Shown piece by piece: positions 26,346 to 40,329 of a stretch of DNA of 48,180 nucleotides (positions are counted from its first letter, which is position 1; each line of letters starts with the position of its first letter). The position numbers and the translations under genes are program-made. Origin of the DNA: Octopus bimaculoides (taxonomy: Eukaryota); contig NC_068990.1 in the NCBI RefSeq assembly GCF_001194135.2, forward strand, positions 68,434,685 to 68,482,864, written 5' to 3'. The notes under the pieces were generated by a model. That model worked only from the letters and a program-made list of their open reading frames with translations, made no database searches and was not told the origin of the DNA.

Positions 26346-28818
26346 GGTTGGATGGATGGATGGCTGTCTCTTAATGAATTCTGGAAAGAACACATTTCAA
26401 AATGTTGCGAAAGCATTTACTGTGTAAGCATTTAAATCTTAGAAACTCAATATTTATAAACCTAGTCGTAACCAAACACATAAAGTCTATAAAAACTTGT
26501 AGGTTATAACAATGCCTTTGTTGCATATAAAAAAAAAGCGCTAAGGCAAAACTTTGCATAATTTTTGTGTAAAACCCCAGTTTTTATTTGGAACTCCATG
26601 CATTAAGCACTTCTTCCTTACACACACACACACACACGCGCGCATACATAAATATATATCATAGAAGGAGAAACGTGCAAATTTCACATGTAGTTTATAC
26701 ATTTATTGGCACAACGCCTGTTTCATTAACACAATGACACATAATTGAATTTGATCAAATTAAGCAAACTTTATCTACAAAAACGTTTTTGTCCATATAA
26801 TCAGGAATGTCATGTTGCTTACTTGGATTTGTTGCAAGTTAATCACCAGCTAAAGTTAAACGAATCTTATCAATTCAGCTTGTAATTACCGTGGATATAT
26901 TTTCTGATGTACATCCACCAACTTTCTCTGTGTGTGTGTGTGTGTGTGCGCGTATGTGTGTGTGCGTGTGTGTGCGTGCGTGTGTATGCGTGCATATGTG
27001 CGTATATGTGTATGTGTATGGATGTAGAAATATATATATATATATATATACATGTGCGCGTGTGCGTGAGTATATATATATGTATACACATGTGTATGTA
27101 TTGTCCCTCTGGTTTTAACCTCTCTTATTGGAACACACCTCAATAGAAACATCATTCAAATATAGTTCTGTGATATTTAGATATTTGGCGCGTAAAGGTG
27201 ACGATCTTAGCTTCACGTTTTTCCTGAATTTCCTTAATGAAATTTGCATCCATTTTGCACCTGAAACAACACATTGCTGGGAAGGTACAACAGGATAGCT
27301 TTTACTTCTGCTTTCATTTTTTGCTAATACATTCTATGCTTATACTGAAACAGTTTTAATGTTTCTGCTGAGCTCATGTTTAGGTCATATTTACTACAAC
27401 GTCCTTTAAGTCACGCATAAACATACAAGTATACATACAGGCTTATATACATACAATCATACATAATACACACACAGTCATAAATTAGGTTATTATTTTG
27501 AAATAGAAAGAAAATTGACACCAAATTGACACAAAAATTGCCCATAGATATTAAATAGACATTATTTCTAACTCTGTGCGTCAATTCACAAAACATGGCT
27601 GACATTACAAATAAGACAAAAGTGAAATTGTAAACTAAATCCGTTTGTGAGCTGCTTAAGTTTTTTTTCCCCAGTCTCGTATAATTTTGTTAATCATCTA
27701 TCAATAACTGCAATTGACCTTGTCTTAACTCCCCCAGATATATGTCATTGAAATAGATGCTTTCTTAAGTTTATTTCAATTATTGTGATGATTTATTACG
27801 GAACTGGTTTTGGCGATGTTTTCTTTCATGCNNNNNNNNNNNNNNNNNNNNNNNNNNNNNNNNNNNNNNNNNNNNNNNNNNNNNNNNNNNNNNNNNNNNN
27901 NNNNNNNNNNNNNNNNNNNNNNNNNNNNNNNNNNNNNNNNNNNNNNNNNNNNNNNNNNNNNNNNNNNNNNNNNNNNNNNNNNNNNNNNNNNNNNNNNNNN
28001 NNNNNNNNNNNNNNNNNNNNNNNNNNNNNNNNNNNNNNNNNNNNNNNNNNNNNNNNNNNTATATATATATATATGATAAAGTAACAGTAATCAGAGTATC
28101 AACATGCATGTATATTTATTATAAAAGAGTAAGATATATATATATATATATATGTGTGTGTATGTATGTATGTATACGCACGCAGACGCACGCACACACA
28201 CATACAACACACATTACTGTATTTCTACGATTTCTGCATTATTTGTGCATGAGCTTCATTTTACCGTTAGTGTGCATTCTGCTGCAAAATACGCAAATAT
28301 TTCCTTTACTATTATTATTTGTTTTTGCACCTGCGTGTATGTCTTTCACTATTTCTCAGCCGATGAGCATTCGTCAGCTTTTAGAGTCATCTCTCTAAAT
28401 CATGAGATCTTATCCTGCCGTGGTTTACCTTCAATGTTCTTCCCACCACACCCGATGAAATACGACTCAAATGTGAAATTCTTACAATTTGTATTGATAT
28501 GAGAATCATTAATGTGAGCATTGCAGCTTACGTTTATTTTCTGTGGCTGTGTTTAATCTTGTGATACACACTCTCATATGAACGCATCACTTACTTGTAT
28601 GTATTGTGCTACTGCATATAAATAACATCAAGCCTTCCTGCACATGGATTTTTGTACCATAGGTTTCATATATCGTAGTACAATCGTAATTTCGATAATG
28701 AAACTCATGTGTGCAAGCCATAACATTAATATTTACAGTATAATATCAGCAGCGTGTATTGAGTATATATTCTCTTACGTTATAATACACTTTACATTCT
28801 CTTTTACTCTTTTATTAG

Positions 28819-29011
28819 TTTCAGTCATTTGACTGTGGCCATGCTGGAGTACCGCCTTTAGTCGAGCAAATCGACCTCAGGACTTATTCTTTGTAAGCCC
28901 AGTCCTTATTCTATCGGTCTTTTTTGCCGAACCGCTAAGTTGCGGGGACATAAATACACCAGCATCGGTTGTCAAGCGATGTTGGTGGGACAAACACAGA
29001 CACACAAGCAT

Positions 29012-29052
<41 letters not shown>

Positions 29053-29180
29053 CATATATACGACGGGCTTCTCTCAGTTTCCGTCTACCAAATCCACTCA
29101 CAAGGCTTTGGTCGGCCCGAGGCCATAGTAGAAGACACTTACGTGCCCAAGGTGCCACGCAGTGGGACTGAACCCGGAAA
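28819..29180 (-). mobile_element. tRNA-derived SINE with an internal (TA)n(TG)n tract, head truncated
   Basis: Minus strand has B-box-like GGTTCAGTCCC, a body ending GAAGCCCGTCGTA, a microsatellite, a second body and a terminal CAGTCAAATGACTG hairpin. The 5' half is near-identical to 36533-36690. Confidence 0.8.
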
Positions 29181-29650
29181 GATATATTGAAATATATATC
29201 TAAAGATAGTTGTATCAAGCTGTTACTTACTGTAAAGTGCTGTTTGAGTACAGATTTACTGTAGTACTAAACATGAAAGAAATAAAAGATATTAAGTTTT
29301 CTTTCCAGTGAAGTAAACTCAAAAGTCAGCAAGTTATGTTCTAGCGACTGAATGATCTGGAATGATCGAGAATTAACATCTAAATGACGCTGCTCCCATT
29401 GAGGATTGTGCTAAGCTGTATGGTTGTCATGGAAACGAAATAAATCATTGATATCAATATGTATATCTGTATTTTCCACCTGTATATTTTAAACATATAT
29501 TAAATATACATTAATTGCGTCACATGAATTTTGAATCACTTTATTTCACAGCACATACTGAATATAATGAGTGCTGCTATGATATATAGACGTACATATA
29601 CATATACTATATGATATATATACATATACTATATAGTATATATACATATA

Positions 29651-29800
<150 letters not shown>

Positions 29801-30569
29801 TATACTATATAGTATATGTATATATATATTAGAAAGCAGGGAGGAGTGGATATGTTGTTCAAAGAACCACCACTTGGCAGATTTTCGAATTTTTATGTGA
29901 TATACCAGGTAAACCCACATCAAGGCAAGAAATGCTATGATAAGCAGCTCTGTCCAACTCGCTACGTCACCAGGACCGATTCAGTAAGCCGAGAAGTGAC
30001 TCTAAAATAAGCAAGCATTAATGGTAATGCTGACTTCCCAGCATTGCCACAATCTTTGGCTGCAATCAATAAGCGTATGAGGTGGAGGGAGGTAGAGAGA
30101 GAGAAATAGAGGGAGAGAGAAACAGAGTGAGAGAGAAACAGAGGGAGAGAAAAGCAGAGGGTGGGAGAAACAGTGGGAGAGAGAAATGCATAATATATGT
30201 ATTTATTTGTATATATCTGTGAGTTCTTTTCGTAATTGCATTTTACAATTTAGTAACAATATGTTTAAAGTTGCAACATTACCTCAAGTGTATGTCGTGT
30301 ACGTTGCCTGAATGCTATGTGCTAGTATTTTCTTCCATTTCTATATCTGTTTCCCAATCATTTCCATCCTCGAAATAATTCCGTATTTCCTCTATTTTGT
30401 CAGTTCATGACCTTTATTTTACTATTGGCTCTGTTACAATTCACAGATTCCATTCATAGCTAAATTAACAATTAAGTGTCCTACACTGTAATAATTATTT
30501 TATCTTACAAACGTAAGTTTTTCACTTTTCTGCGTGTAGTTTAATGGCTACTCGAACCTATAGTTTACC

Positions 30570-31735
30570 CCCAAACACCTTTAATTGGCAGCTTTCGAAG
30601 ATTTTCTCAAAGCTATCATTAAGTCGATAGTCTAATAGCTGGAATATATATAATGACTTTAAATTCACCTTAAAATTTGTTAATATTTAAGAAAGAAACA
30701 TTTCTTTTTAATCGGCTAGTTCTGTTTCAGAATGGGCAGCCATTTTGTTGGTGAATTCCGCTTATTTTGAATAACTTCATTCACGCCTTATTGTTAAATG
30801 GTATTGTAAATTGACCATTGAGGTCTATAAATATAGTATCTGCCATCCATGCTAAGTGTTCGTTAACTAAATGATAGATCAACGATAACATATTCAGGAA
30901 ATTTTTCAATCTCAAGAGCTCTTATTATTTTCCTCCAATGACAAACTATCAAACAAGGTAGAGTAAACCAAAAGCTTTGCAGTACGCAGGATGTTATGGT
31001 GTTTCCACAAGTTTCTATGGAAAAAAGGCACGTGATGTACACAAGTAATGGCAAAGACTCTATTGCGACACCATTTTCGTTAGAGAGGCCGGCATTTTTG
31101 CAGTAACATTCTAAATGACATTTTCAAGTGTATCATTAATGTTATCGTTTGCAAATGTGTCAGAATTGTTTCTGCTAAACAAAGTTGTTCCAATTTTTGC
31201 TATTATGAACAGTTCCGTACCATTGAAATATGACACCAATTTAAAATATGAAATGCTCCGTATGTAAAATATACTGAACTCTGTCATTATATGAGCTTAA
31301 TATATTTAGCGGTTCTAAAACAGAAAGTATATCATTCACTTCTAATTCGATTTAACTGCAGCATCAACAAAGTAATATTTGCTGATAACATTTCTACTGA
31401 GATTTTACTTAAGCTCTTTAGATTACATATCTTAAAGTATGGTTTGCTGACGTAAATTTCACCCTGAAAGAATATTTAAGCTTTTTGCATGACATATTCC
31501 ACACATATTTTCAAATGCTGACGCAAGCAACAATAATTCGTTATCTAACCTTCACTAGTTTAATTTTCAATGTCACATGTAATGGCACGTTACTACGGCT
31601 GATGAATGGAAAACACATAGGAAAAGTCAGTAAAAAGCAATCTTCTTTACTAGAATTATACTTGAAGAGAAAGGATTTACTTTATAAATTCAATACGGAA
31701 TTTCAAACTATCAAAGAACATTTTGCAGATACCAT
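30570..31735 (-). mobile_element. Heavily decayed hAT (SPIN/GTF2IRD2-like) transposase
   Basis: Broken minus frames AYCKA/WFTL, RALEIEKFPE, LAWMADT..DLN and DSFEKIF occur in the order of the YxxVRWLS..FPEL..LAFLxD..HLN..EF.RF motifs. Many stops; no TIRs found. Confidence 0.4.
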
Positions 31736-31770
31736 ATATATATATACACATACACACATGTATATGTTCA

Positions 31771-31871
<101 letters not shown>

Positions 31872-34800
31872 ATGCACACACATCTATATATATAAAACAT
31901 ATAAAACATATAGTTACTTTTCTTCATCTCCAATCGCATTGAATATATTTTTAAATCCTCGAATAAACACACACAGACACACAGTAAAACAGAATTAATA
32001 CGTACAAAAACTGTTATTCTGATACCTCATTCTTTAGAATATATGCTAGTAGGAAAATCTATTTATTATACGAAAAGAGCAATAAAACTATATTAGATAT
32101 GCCAGTAAATGGAAAATAAAATAATAAACCAAAATAACAATGTGAAAATATAATCTCATTGTCGTAAAGGAATTTCGAAAATAATCTATGTTAACAAAAT
32201 GAGAATAATTTTACAGTCAGGAGATTGTAACTCACAGACCGTGTAGAAGTAGTTCCAGTTAAGCAAATATTAAAGTTGTCCATGCCGTTACTGTCATAGT
32301 TTCATCATCATTCCACCTACACACAAATACGTAGAAATATTTTTCCCTCTTTGCTCTCTGCCTCCCACCCTCACGTATCTCTCACTCTCTCTTTTTGTCT
32401 ATCAGTTTCTTTCTCTTCGATATGTCATCCTCTACTTCAGTGTTATGCGCTTCACACCCTTCCTTTCATCACGTTGTATGTCTGTATACTTTTAAGTGCG
32501 CACGCGTGTGTACGTGTGAGAGAAAGTGAGAGAGAGAGAGATAGAGATAGAGAGAGAGAGAGAGAGGGAGAGTTTGTGTGCCTATGCAAAATCTAAATGA
32601 TTACGTATATATATGCAACTATGCAGCTACATATAAGTACATATGTCATATACGTCTATAAACATTTGTACGCACATAGTTGTATATTATATGCATATAT
32701 GTGTATAGATATATACACATGTGCATATATACATACACGCGTATATTCAGACAAATACATCTGTGTGCGTGTGTTTATATGTATATAAATATATATATAT
32801 ATATATTTAATCGTATATACATATATGTGCGTATACACATACACATAAACAACCACGTTCACCCATGCATACACACGTGTATGTATATTCTTCCTGTAAC
32901 ATTCTAGACATTGCACTTAATACTTTTAAAGTTATACAAATTCCCTGTCTATAAAACAAATAAATATCTATTTGTGACATTAGAGAAACCATTTTGTTTT
33001 TATTGCATCACTCCTGATGTATTTCTTCTTGGTGTCTTTTACTTATTTCATTTTCTTGAATAAAGAAATGCATATAAAGTTTTAACTGGAAGCCGTTTTG
33101 TCTTTAGACATCAACTATTCTATTTTATTACCTTAGGCTTGTAATAAATATTTTTGAATAATAATTTCTGTCTGAATAGTGATAATGTAATGCACCGCCA
33201 TATAGCATATGGTAAAAATATGATTAAATTTTAACTTCAAATTTAATACTTACTGTTTAATTTTATGACTGACTTAAGAAAATTTCGTAAATTTTTATAA
33301 ATATAAATATATTATTACATGTGATAGCGTTGAAAAAGCACTGAAATCGATACTTATCATAGATTTCAGTAACTTATATCACTGACAGACAATTTGTTAG
33401 AAACCACAGCTAAATTCTCTCAAATAAAGTCTTTCTCAGGACTGATCATGTATGAATGTACGTATGTGCGAAATGATGCATGTATATATACGTGTGTGTG
33501 TGTGCTTGTGTATAGGATAATGTGTTGCAGAGGAACCATCCGCCCCATGCAAGCATGGAAATATGAACGTAAAATTGGTGATTGTACCGGAGAGTTATGG
33601 AGTTCATAATCACTGGTCCTTCGTCCTGACTAAGGAAAAGAAAACAATAAATCCCGGTCATAAAAGGGGAAAAACATTGGGTAATATATTAATGATATAC
33701 AAAACATCAGGATGATTACAACTGGAACATCTTTTAACGTTTGTCAGCTCGATTAACAGTAACAAATCCATTACTAACACAAGCAACAAAGTTATTTTCG
33801 GTTTTTACTAATACTTATCAAAAATATGTGTTAAAAATTATTTGATAAATAATAGTAAAAACTTCAAACCAAAAACAAGTATTAGTATATATATCATGTA
33901 TATTTAAACATGTTCTAATAATTATATAAACTAGCGAGAAACGTGAATATTTCAGGGAATTAAAAGTAAATCTATTGGGTTATTTCTGAAAACTTTATTC
34001 AACAAAACCTAAAAGTGTAGCCTATGTTGTGTCTGTATGGAAAGATAGTCACTCATCTGCTGCTCATTGAAAGGTGAAAGGAATTCGAATACGGTGATTA
34101 CTTAATGCACTTTATATGTACAATTTATGTATTTTATTCACAAGTTCACAGACTTACACAGCACTCATAAAATAAATATTCATTCTTTCTATCTTGCCCA
34201 TAAATAAAAAATATATCCCGTACATATGATACAACCTTTAGTTAAAATGGATATATCTGCCACGTAAATAAGCGTGAATATTTCACGCAATTGCACTTAT
34301 ATGCATGCGTTAAGTGACCGGTGATATAAAAATAACTTAGTCAATTCCGCCTATGACAAAAGACGGAATTGGGTAACAAACAAATAAATAAATATCTATA
34401 ACTTGAATATAAGATTTCTCCTATTTTTTTTTTAAAGAAATTCTTCTCTTTCACAGATATTTGAAGAGATATTCGCACGTGTTGGGCACGTAATTTCTAG
34501 AAACTTGCATGACATTTCCCCTCTGTCGCACAGAAACTGTTTATGGCCAGTTCTTACTCCGGGTTGCTGTTTTTACTAGACTATTCCACTAGAAATCTTT
34601 GCCGTTATACATTTATCTATATACATAACTTATAAACATAAGGCCTGAAATTTTGCGAGAAGGGATTTAATCGATTGAATCGTCCCAAATAGTATATTTT
34701 GTGTACTATAGTTGCATAAAAGGTAGAATGGACCTCCTGAGAAACGAACTAAGAACTTAAAGCGCCGAAAGAAATACAATGCAATTTTGCCCAGCACGCT

Positions 34801-35294
34801 AAGGTTTCTGCCCATCCATCGTCCTAATTACTTACAAACGAACATGATTTGATGGCAACCACTATGCATTTGCTCATTGTTATTAGTTTATACTTAGTCA
34901 CTGGTAGGCATTCTCCCTAACTTCTACTAACTATATATATANNNNNNNNNNNNNNNNNNNNNNNNNNNNNNNNNNNNNNNNNNNNNNNNNNNNNNNNNNN
35001 NNNNNNNNNNNNNNNNNNNNNNNNNNNNNNNNNNNNNNNNNNNNNNNNNNNNNNNNNNNNNNNNNNNNNNNNNNNNNNNNNNNNNNNNNNNNNNNNNNNN
35101 NNNNNTATATACACATACACACACACACATTTATATATATACAAGGGTTTGACAAAATAATGCAAACACCTAGCATCATAGCATCATAATGTTGAAATAT
35201 CTATAAAACCGTCAAAAGCTTGTTTATTTTTATATTCATTTATCTATTGTTAGTGTTGCTTAATATGTTTTGCTGTTTCTTTTCAGATATCCTT

Positions 35295-35477
35295 TTCTTT
35301 TCTCCTCTAGGCACAAGGCCCGAAATTTTGGGGGAGGGAGCCAGTCGATTAGATCGACCCCAGTAAGCAACTGGTACTTAATCTATCGACCCCGAAAGAT
35401 GAAAGGCAAAGTCAAACCTCTGTGGAATATGAACTCAGGACATAATGATAAACGAAATACCGCTAAGTATTTCGCCA
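35295..35477 (-). mobile_element. SINE (GGCACAAGG..CGACCCCGAAAG family) inserted into the Tc1 element
   Basis: Same family as the copies at 37660, 38285, 39685 and 42040; it abuts the first recognisable transposase codon. Confidence 0.85.
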
Positions 35478-35478
35478 G

Positions 35479-36476
35479 GACTTTCAAAGAGGTCAAATTG
35501 TTGGTGCTCTTATGGCAGGCGCTAGCGTAACGAAAACAGCCGAAATGTTTGGCGTATCAGGAAGTAATGTCTCGAAAGTAATGACAGCGTTTGAGAAACA
35601 GAGAAAACCTCCTCGTCGAAACAAAACTCCGGAAGAAAACCAAAACTTTCAGAGAGGAACCGTTGTACTCTTACGCGAATTGTTAAAAAGGATCAGAAAA
35701 GTACAGTTCCCAAAATTACTGCAGAGCTTAATAACCACCTCGAGAACCCACTTTCCACAAAAACTGTTCGCCAAGAGCTGAACAAAGCCGGATTTCACGA
35801 GAGGACTACAATCAGAAAACCACTTCTTTAAAAAACAAACGCTTTGCAGCGTTTAGAGTGGAGTAAAAACCTACAGAATTGGTTCGTAGAGCAGTGTAAG
35901 AATGTTATTTTCTCAGATGAGTCATCCTTTACCTTATTTCCAACCACCGGCCGAGTATACGTGTGCAGAAAGCCAAAAGAAGCATTTCACCCCGACTGCC
36001 TTCTTCGAACTGTTAAACATGGAGGAGGATCTGTGATGGTCTTGTAGGGCTATATCTTGGAAATCCGTCGGCCCAATGGTTTCCCTTCAAGGCTATTTAA
36101 GCATTTTATCTGACCAAATTCATCCTATGTTTGCGGAACTGTTTCCGGAGGGAAATACAATCTTTCAGGATGATAATGCACCGATTTACACAGCTAAAGT
36201 TGTTATTGAATGGCATGTGGAACATTCTAGGGAAGTTGAACATCTTATCTGGCCACCACAGTCCCCAGATCTGAATGTTATTGAACATTTATGGTGCATT
36301 TTAGAAAAACAAATAAGGAGTTGATATCCACCACCATCATCACTACAAGACCTGGAGACTGTTTTAACTGAAGAATGGACAAACATTCCTTTGGAAACCA
36401 TTCAAACTTTGTACTAGCCTATATTTCGTAGAATTCAAGCTGTAATTGCTGCCAAGGCGGTCCTACCCCATATTAA
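35479..36476 (+). pseudogene. Disrupted Tc1-family transposase
   Basis: DFQRGQIVGA.MAGASVTKTAE (HTH region) through VKHGGGSVMV to GGPTPY*; several stops and frameshifts; the start codon is lost at the SINE insertion. Confidence 0.9.
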
Positions 36477-36532
36477 AATAAATTTGTTTGAAATTTTAAG
36501 GTGTTTCCATTATTCTCTCCAACCCCTACATG

Positions 36533-36690
36533 TACGACGGGCTTCTTTCAGTTTCCGTCTACCAAATCCACTTACAAGGTTTTGGTCGGCCCGTGGTTAT
36601 AGTAGAAGACACTTGCTCAAAGTGTCACGCAGTGGATCTGAAGCCGGAATCATGTCGTTTGGAAGGAAGCTTCAGATAATGAGGCACACA
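36533..36690 (-). mobile_element. 5' half of the microsatellite-containing SINE
   Basis: TACGACGGGCTTCTTTCAGTTTCCGTCTACCAAATCCAC..GTAGAAGACACTT matches 29058-29180. Confidence 0.85.
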
Positions 36691-36715
36691 GGGATGGATA
36701 GATAGATAGATAAAT

Positions 36716-36768
<53 letters not shown>

Positions 36769-37541
36769 NNNNNNNNNNNNNNNNNNNNNNNNNNNNNNNN
36801 NNNNNNNNNNNNNNNNNNNNNNNNNNNNNNNNNNNNNNNNNNNNNNNNNNNNNNNNNNNNNNNNNNNNNNNNNNNNNNNNNNNNNNNNNNNNNNNNNNNN
36901 NNNNNNNNNNNNNNNNNNNNNNNNNNNNNNNNNNNNNNNNNNNNNNNNNNNNNNNNNNNNNNNNNNNNNNNNNNNNNNNNNNNNNNNNNNNNNNNNNNNN
37001 NNNNNNNNNNNNNNNNNNNNNNNNNNNNNNNNNNNNNNNNNNNNNNNNNNNNNNNNNNNNNNNNNNNNNNNNNNNNNNNNNNNNNNNNNNNNNNNNNNNN
37101 NNNNNNNNNNNNNNNNNNNNNNNNNNNNNNNNNNNNNNNNNNNNNNTATATATATATATATATATACAGATTGATTGATAGATACATAGATAGATAGAGA
37201 AAGAGAGAGAAAGAGAGAGAAAGAGAGAGAGATTTATGTATGCCTACCTAGATTTTGTGTGTTGGTAGCATATATCCTTTGTGTACGCTCATATGTATCT
37301 ATGTGTATGCGTTTTTTATACATGCTTCTACAAAATGATTATACTCTATGAGAAATAAATATATTTATAATGATAAATCTAATCTGGAGGTCATTGCATT
37401 AAATTTAAGTATATTCAGGAGTAGAGTCATAGATACTCATTGTGTCAGTTGAATATTTTATATTAGAAACATGCTATATATTATAAATGCTCTAGGTATG
37501 TATAATACACTTACAGTTACAGACACACACATAAATATAGG

Positions 37542-37577
<36 letters not shown>

Positions 37578-37644
37578 AATATATATATACATTCGTACGT
37601 ATGTGTGTGTATGTATGTATGTATGTATGTATGTATGTAGGCAA

Positions 37645-37800
37645 ATAGTTGGCAGTCATTTAAGCGTCCGACAAATTGCTTTGTGGTATACGTTTCCGGT
37701 TCTTTACGTTTTGAGTTCAAATCCCGTCGAGGTTAAATTTGCCTTTCATTTTCTAGGGTTCGATAAACAAAAGAAAAACCGGTCCTGCAATGAAGTCGGT
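37645..37800 (+). mobile_element. Decayed SINE (GGCACAAGG family)
   Basis: B-box-like GAGTTCAAATCCC then TTTGCCTTTCAT..TCGATAAA. Confidence 0.7.
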
Positions 37801-38282
37801 ACCTCCCTTTCTCTAACTCTTTCTTTGTCTTTTCTTTGCTCTTCAGGAAATGATGGACTGGGTTCAGTCTCGTAGAGGGAAGAATTCCGCAAGGTCTAAA
37901 AATTCCTTAATTCGCCGTATGTCACAATGGTACCTCTACTACCTTATCAAGGATTTAAGGGCCATATCAAAGCATGCATATATCAAGTGGGGAGTGAGAG
38001 AATGGCGAACTTGATGTGAAATGTGTATGTGTGTATATGTGTATATACACACATACATATATACAAAGAGAGAAAGAGAGAGAGAGTGGGAGAGGGAAAG
38101 AGAGAGAGAGTGGGAGAGAGAAAGAGAGAGAGCGAGATATGTAGATGGCACGTGTATGTGTGTATGCGTATTTTAATTACACACACAGGTAAATTATTTT
38201 CTAGTGGTGCATACAAGCAACGTTGAGGAACAAATAAGTAAATGTTAAACATTTTTATGAGTTACATCCATATAAATACTGC

Positions 38283-38410
38283 TTTCAAATTTTGGCACAA
38301 AGCCAGCAATTTTGGGGGAGGCGATAAGTCAGTTACATCGAACCCAGCGTTCAACTGATACTTATTCGCCAAAAGGAAAAAAAAAACAAAGTTAGCTTCG
38401 GCGGAAATCG
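38283..38410 (-). mobile_element. Decayed SINE (GGCACAAGG family)
   Basis: TTTCAAATTTTGGCACAAAGCCAGCAATTTTGGGGGAGG..TACATCGAACCCAG. Confidence 0.7.
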
Positions 38411-38784
38411 ATCACAGCAGATCCATACAAATTTGACTGGAATAAGTCTTTCGCTGTACCACAATGGGACACGGTTACCGCAGAGATATTGTTTAATATA
38501 TATATATATAGTTACCATTAACTTGATATAATAAAGTGTTCCATGAGGATCCGTTGAAATTGAGCATTTATATGAATTTGGAATTCTTATCGCAGTGTTC
38601 CCAGCAACCATAATGGTGAAGCACGCGTAGGAACTTTAATATAAACTTTAATATAAAATTGTGTTTATCCCTATTTCTCATATATATATACAGTATATAT
38701 CCAATGAAACGAAGAAGAAAACAAAGAAAATTCTTTACACATCTTGAATTATAAATTACAAATGCTTCCGTACCATCTCCATCT

Positions 38785-38952
38785 CTTCTTCTTCTTCTTC
38801 TTCTTCTTCTTCTTCTTCTTCTTCTTCTTCTTCTTCTTCTTCTTCTTCTTCTTCTTCTTCTTCCTTTTCTTCTTCTTCTTCTTCTTCTTCTTCTTCTTCT
38901 TCTTCTTCTTCTTCTTCTTCTTCTTCTTCTTCTTCTTCTTCTTCTTCTTCTT
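38785..38952 (+). repeat. (TTC)n microsatellite with one interruption
   Basis: About 55 units. Confidence 0.98.
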
Positions 38953-39518
38953 TTCCTTCTGATTCTTCTCTTTTTTCCTTCCTCTTCTACTTCACTTTCG
39001 TTTACTTCTGATCCTTTTCCTCCCCTTCCTTCCCTTTCTTCCTCCTATTATTATACGTATCCACCCTCTTATCTCCCCACCCACATAATATCTATTTCAT
39101 TTACACGTCCTGCATCCGCAGTTTTAATTTTTCCCAACAACGTCTGACACACAATGTAATAGCACACCTTTGATGCAAGTCTGATGAAGTGCCTCTCCAA
39201 TGTCTAAAACCGCAAATATAACGTGATTTTTCTTTTAGAATTTCCGCGTAAACTGGCATTGAAAATGGAGACGGTACGGAAACATTTGTAACTTATGATT
39301 AAAGGTGTGTTAAAGAATTTTCTATTGTCTTCTTCCTTTCATTGGATTAGTTAAACTTCGCTAAACCCATTTGACGATATAATCGTCGTGAAACTTGGAT
39401 CTTCTACACCTGAAGAATTCCGGCTTTGGCTTGGAACCCGACAATGTTGATAGTCCAGTATTCGGGTCGAGTGATTCTCTGGAAATACCCTAACTTCACA
39501 CTCAATTGACCTTAGCCA

Positions 39519-39553
<35 letters not shown>

Positions 39554-39682
39554 TCTCTCTCTCTCTGTATATATATATATATGTACATATATAAGTTTGC
39601 GTGTGTGTGTGTGCACGCGCGCGTGTATCTGTGCGCGCGCGCGTATCTGTGCGTGCGTGCATGTGTATGTGTGTACATGTAG

Positions 39683-39900
39683 CAAGACGGTGAATTCGCA
39701 GAGTCATTAGGACGTCTAGCGAAATGCATAGTGGTATTTCGTTCGTCTTGATGCTCTGAGTTCAAATTCCGCCGAGGTTATTTTTCCTTTCAGCCTTTCG
39801 GAGGTTCATAAACTAAGTACCCGTTGAACTCTGAAGAGTCAATGAAATCGACCCATCCCTTACCCCGAAATTGTTGGTCTTGTGCCAAAATTTGAAATTT
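39683..39900 (+). mobile_element. Near full-length SINE (GGCACAAGG family)
   Basis: tRNA-like head with GAGTTCAAATTCC, a body, and a tail CTTGTGCCAAAATTTGAAA. Confidence 0.8.
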
Positions 39901-40329
39901 GAAGCCAATATACACATACACAAGCCAATATGTACATACATACATACATACATACATACATACATGCATACATACATACGTACGTACATACGTACATACA
40001 CATACACAAACACAATTATTCAAATAAATAGTGTCCTGTTTCTTTTCATGTAGAGTCACATGCATAAAAAACAAATGATTATCGTGAAGGATTACTCTGT
40101 ACCTTTTAGTGGAGTACCCTATTTATTGATCTTTACATGAGAAAATTTGATTATGTATGAGTGTATCTATTTATCTATCTCTCTCTCTCTCTATCTATCT
40201 ATCTCTCTCTATCTATCTATCTATCTATCTATCCAGCTATCTATCTATCTAACCCTATGAACAAGAAAAAAAAAAATAAATAAATAAAACAAAAAAGGCA
40301 AAAGAGAGTCACTTACTGTTATAGTTTCT

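Larger units (their letters stand above)
35142..36528 (+). mobile_element. Tc1-like DNA transposon with DD36E spacing, bounded by TIRs, non-autonomous
   Basis: Left TA|CAAGGGTTTGACAAAATAATGCAAACACCT; right end reverse complement TAGGGGTTGGAGAGAATAATGGAAACACCT; transposase motifs FSDESSF, QDDNAP and SPDLNVIEHLW. Confidence 0.93.

Noticed and set aside
27715-27790. Acceptor-like CTTAACTCCCCCAG
   Set aside because: All three downstream frames close quickly and no donor is evident.
28350-28385. Minus-strand CTGACGA..GAAA hammerhead-like spacing
   Set aside because: No stem II pairing.
39175-39215. CTGATGAAG..AAAAC hammerhead-like string
   Set aside because: GAAA is broken (TAAA) and no stem II or III forms.
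39595-39665. Alternating GC/GT tract with Z-DNA potential
   Set aside because: Ordinary drift of (TG)n arrays; similar tracts occur throughout the window.
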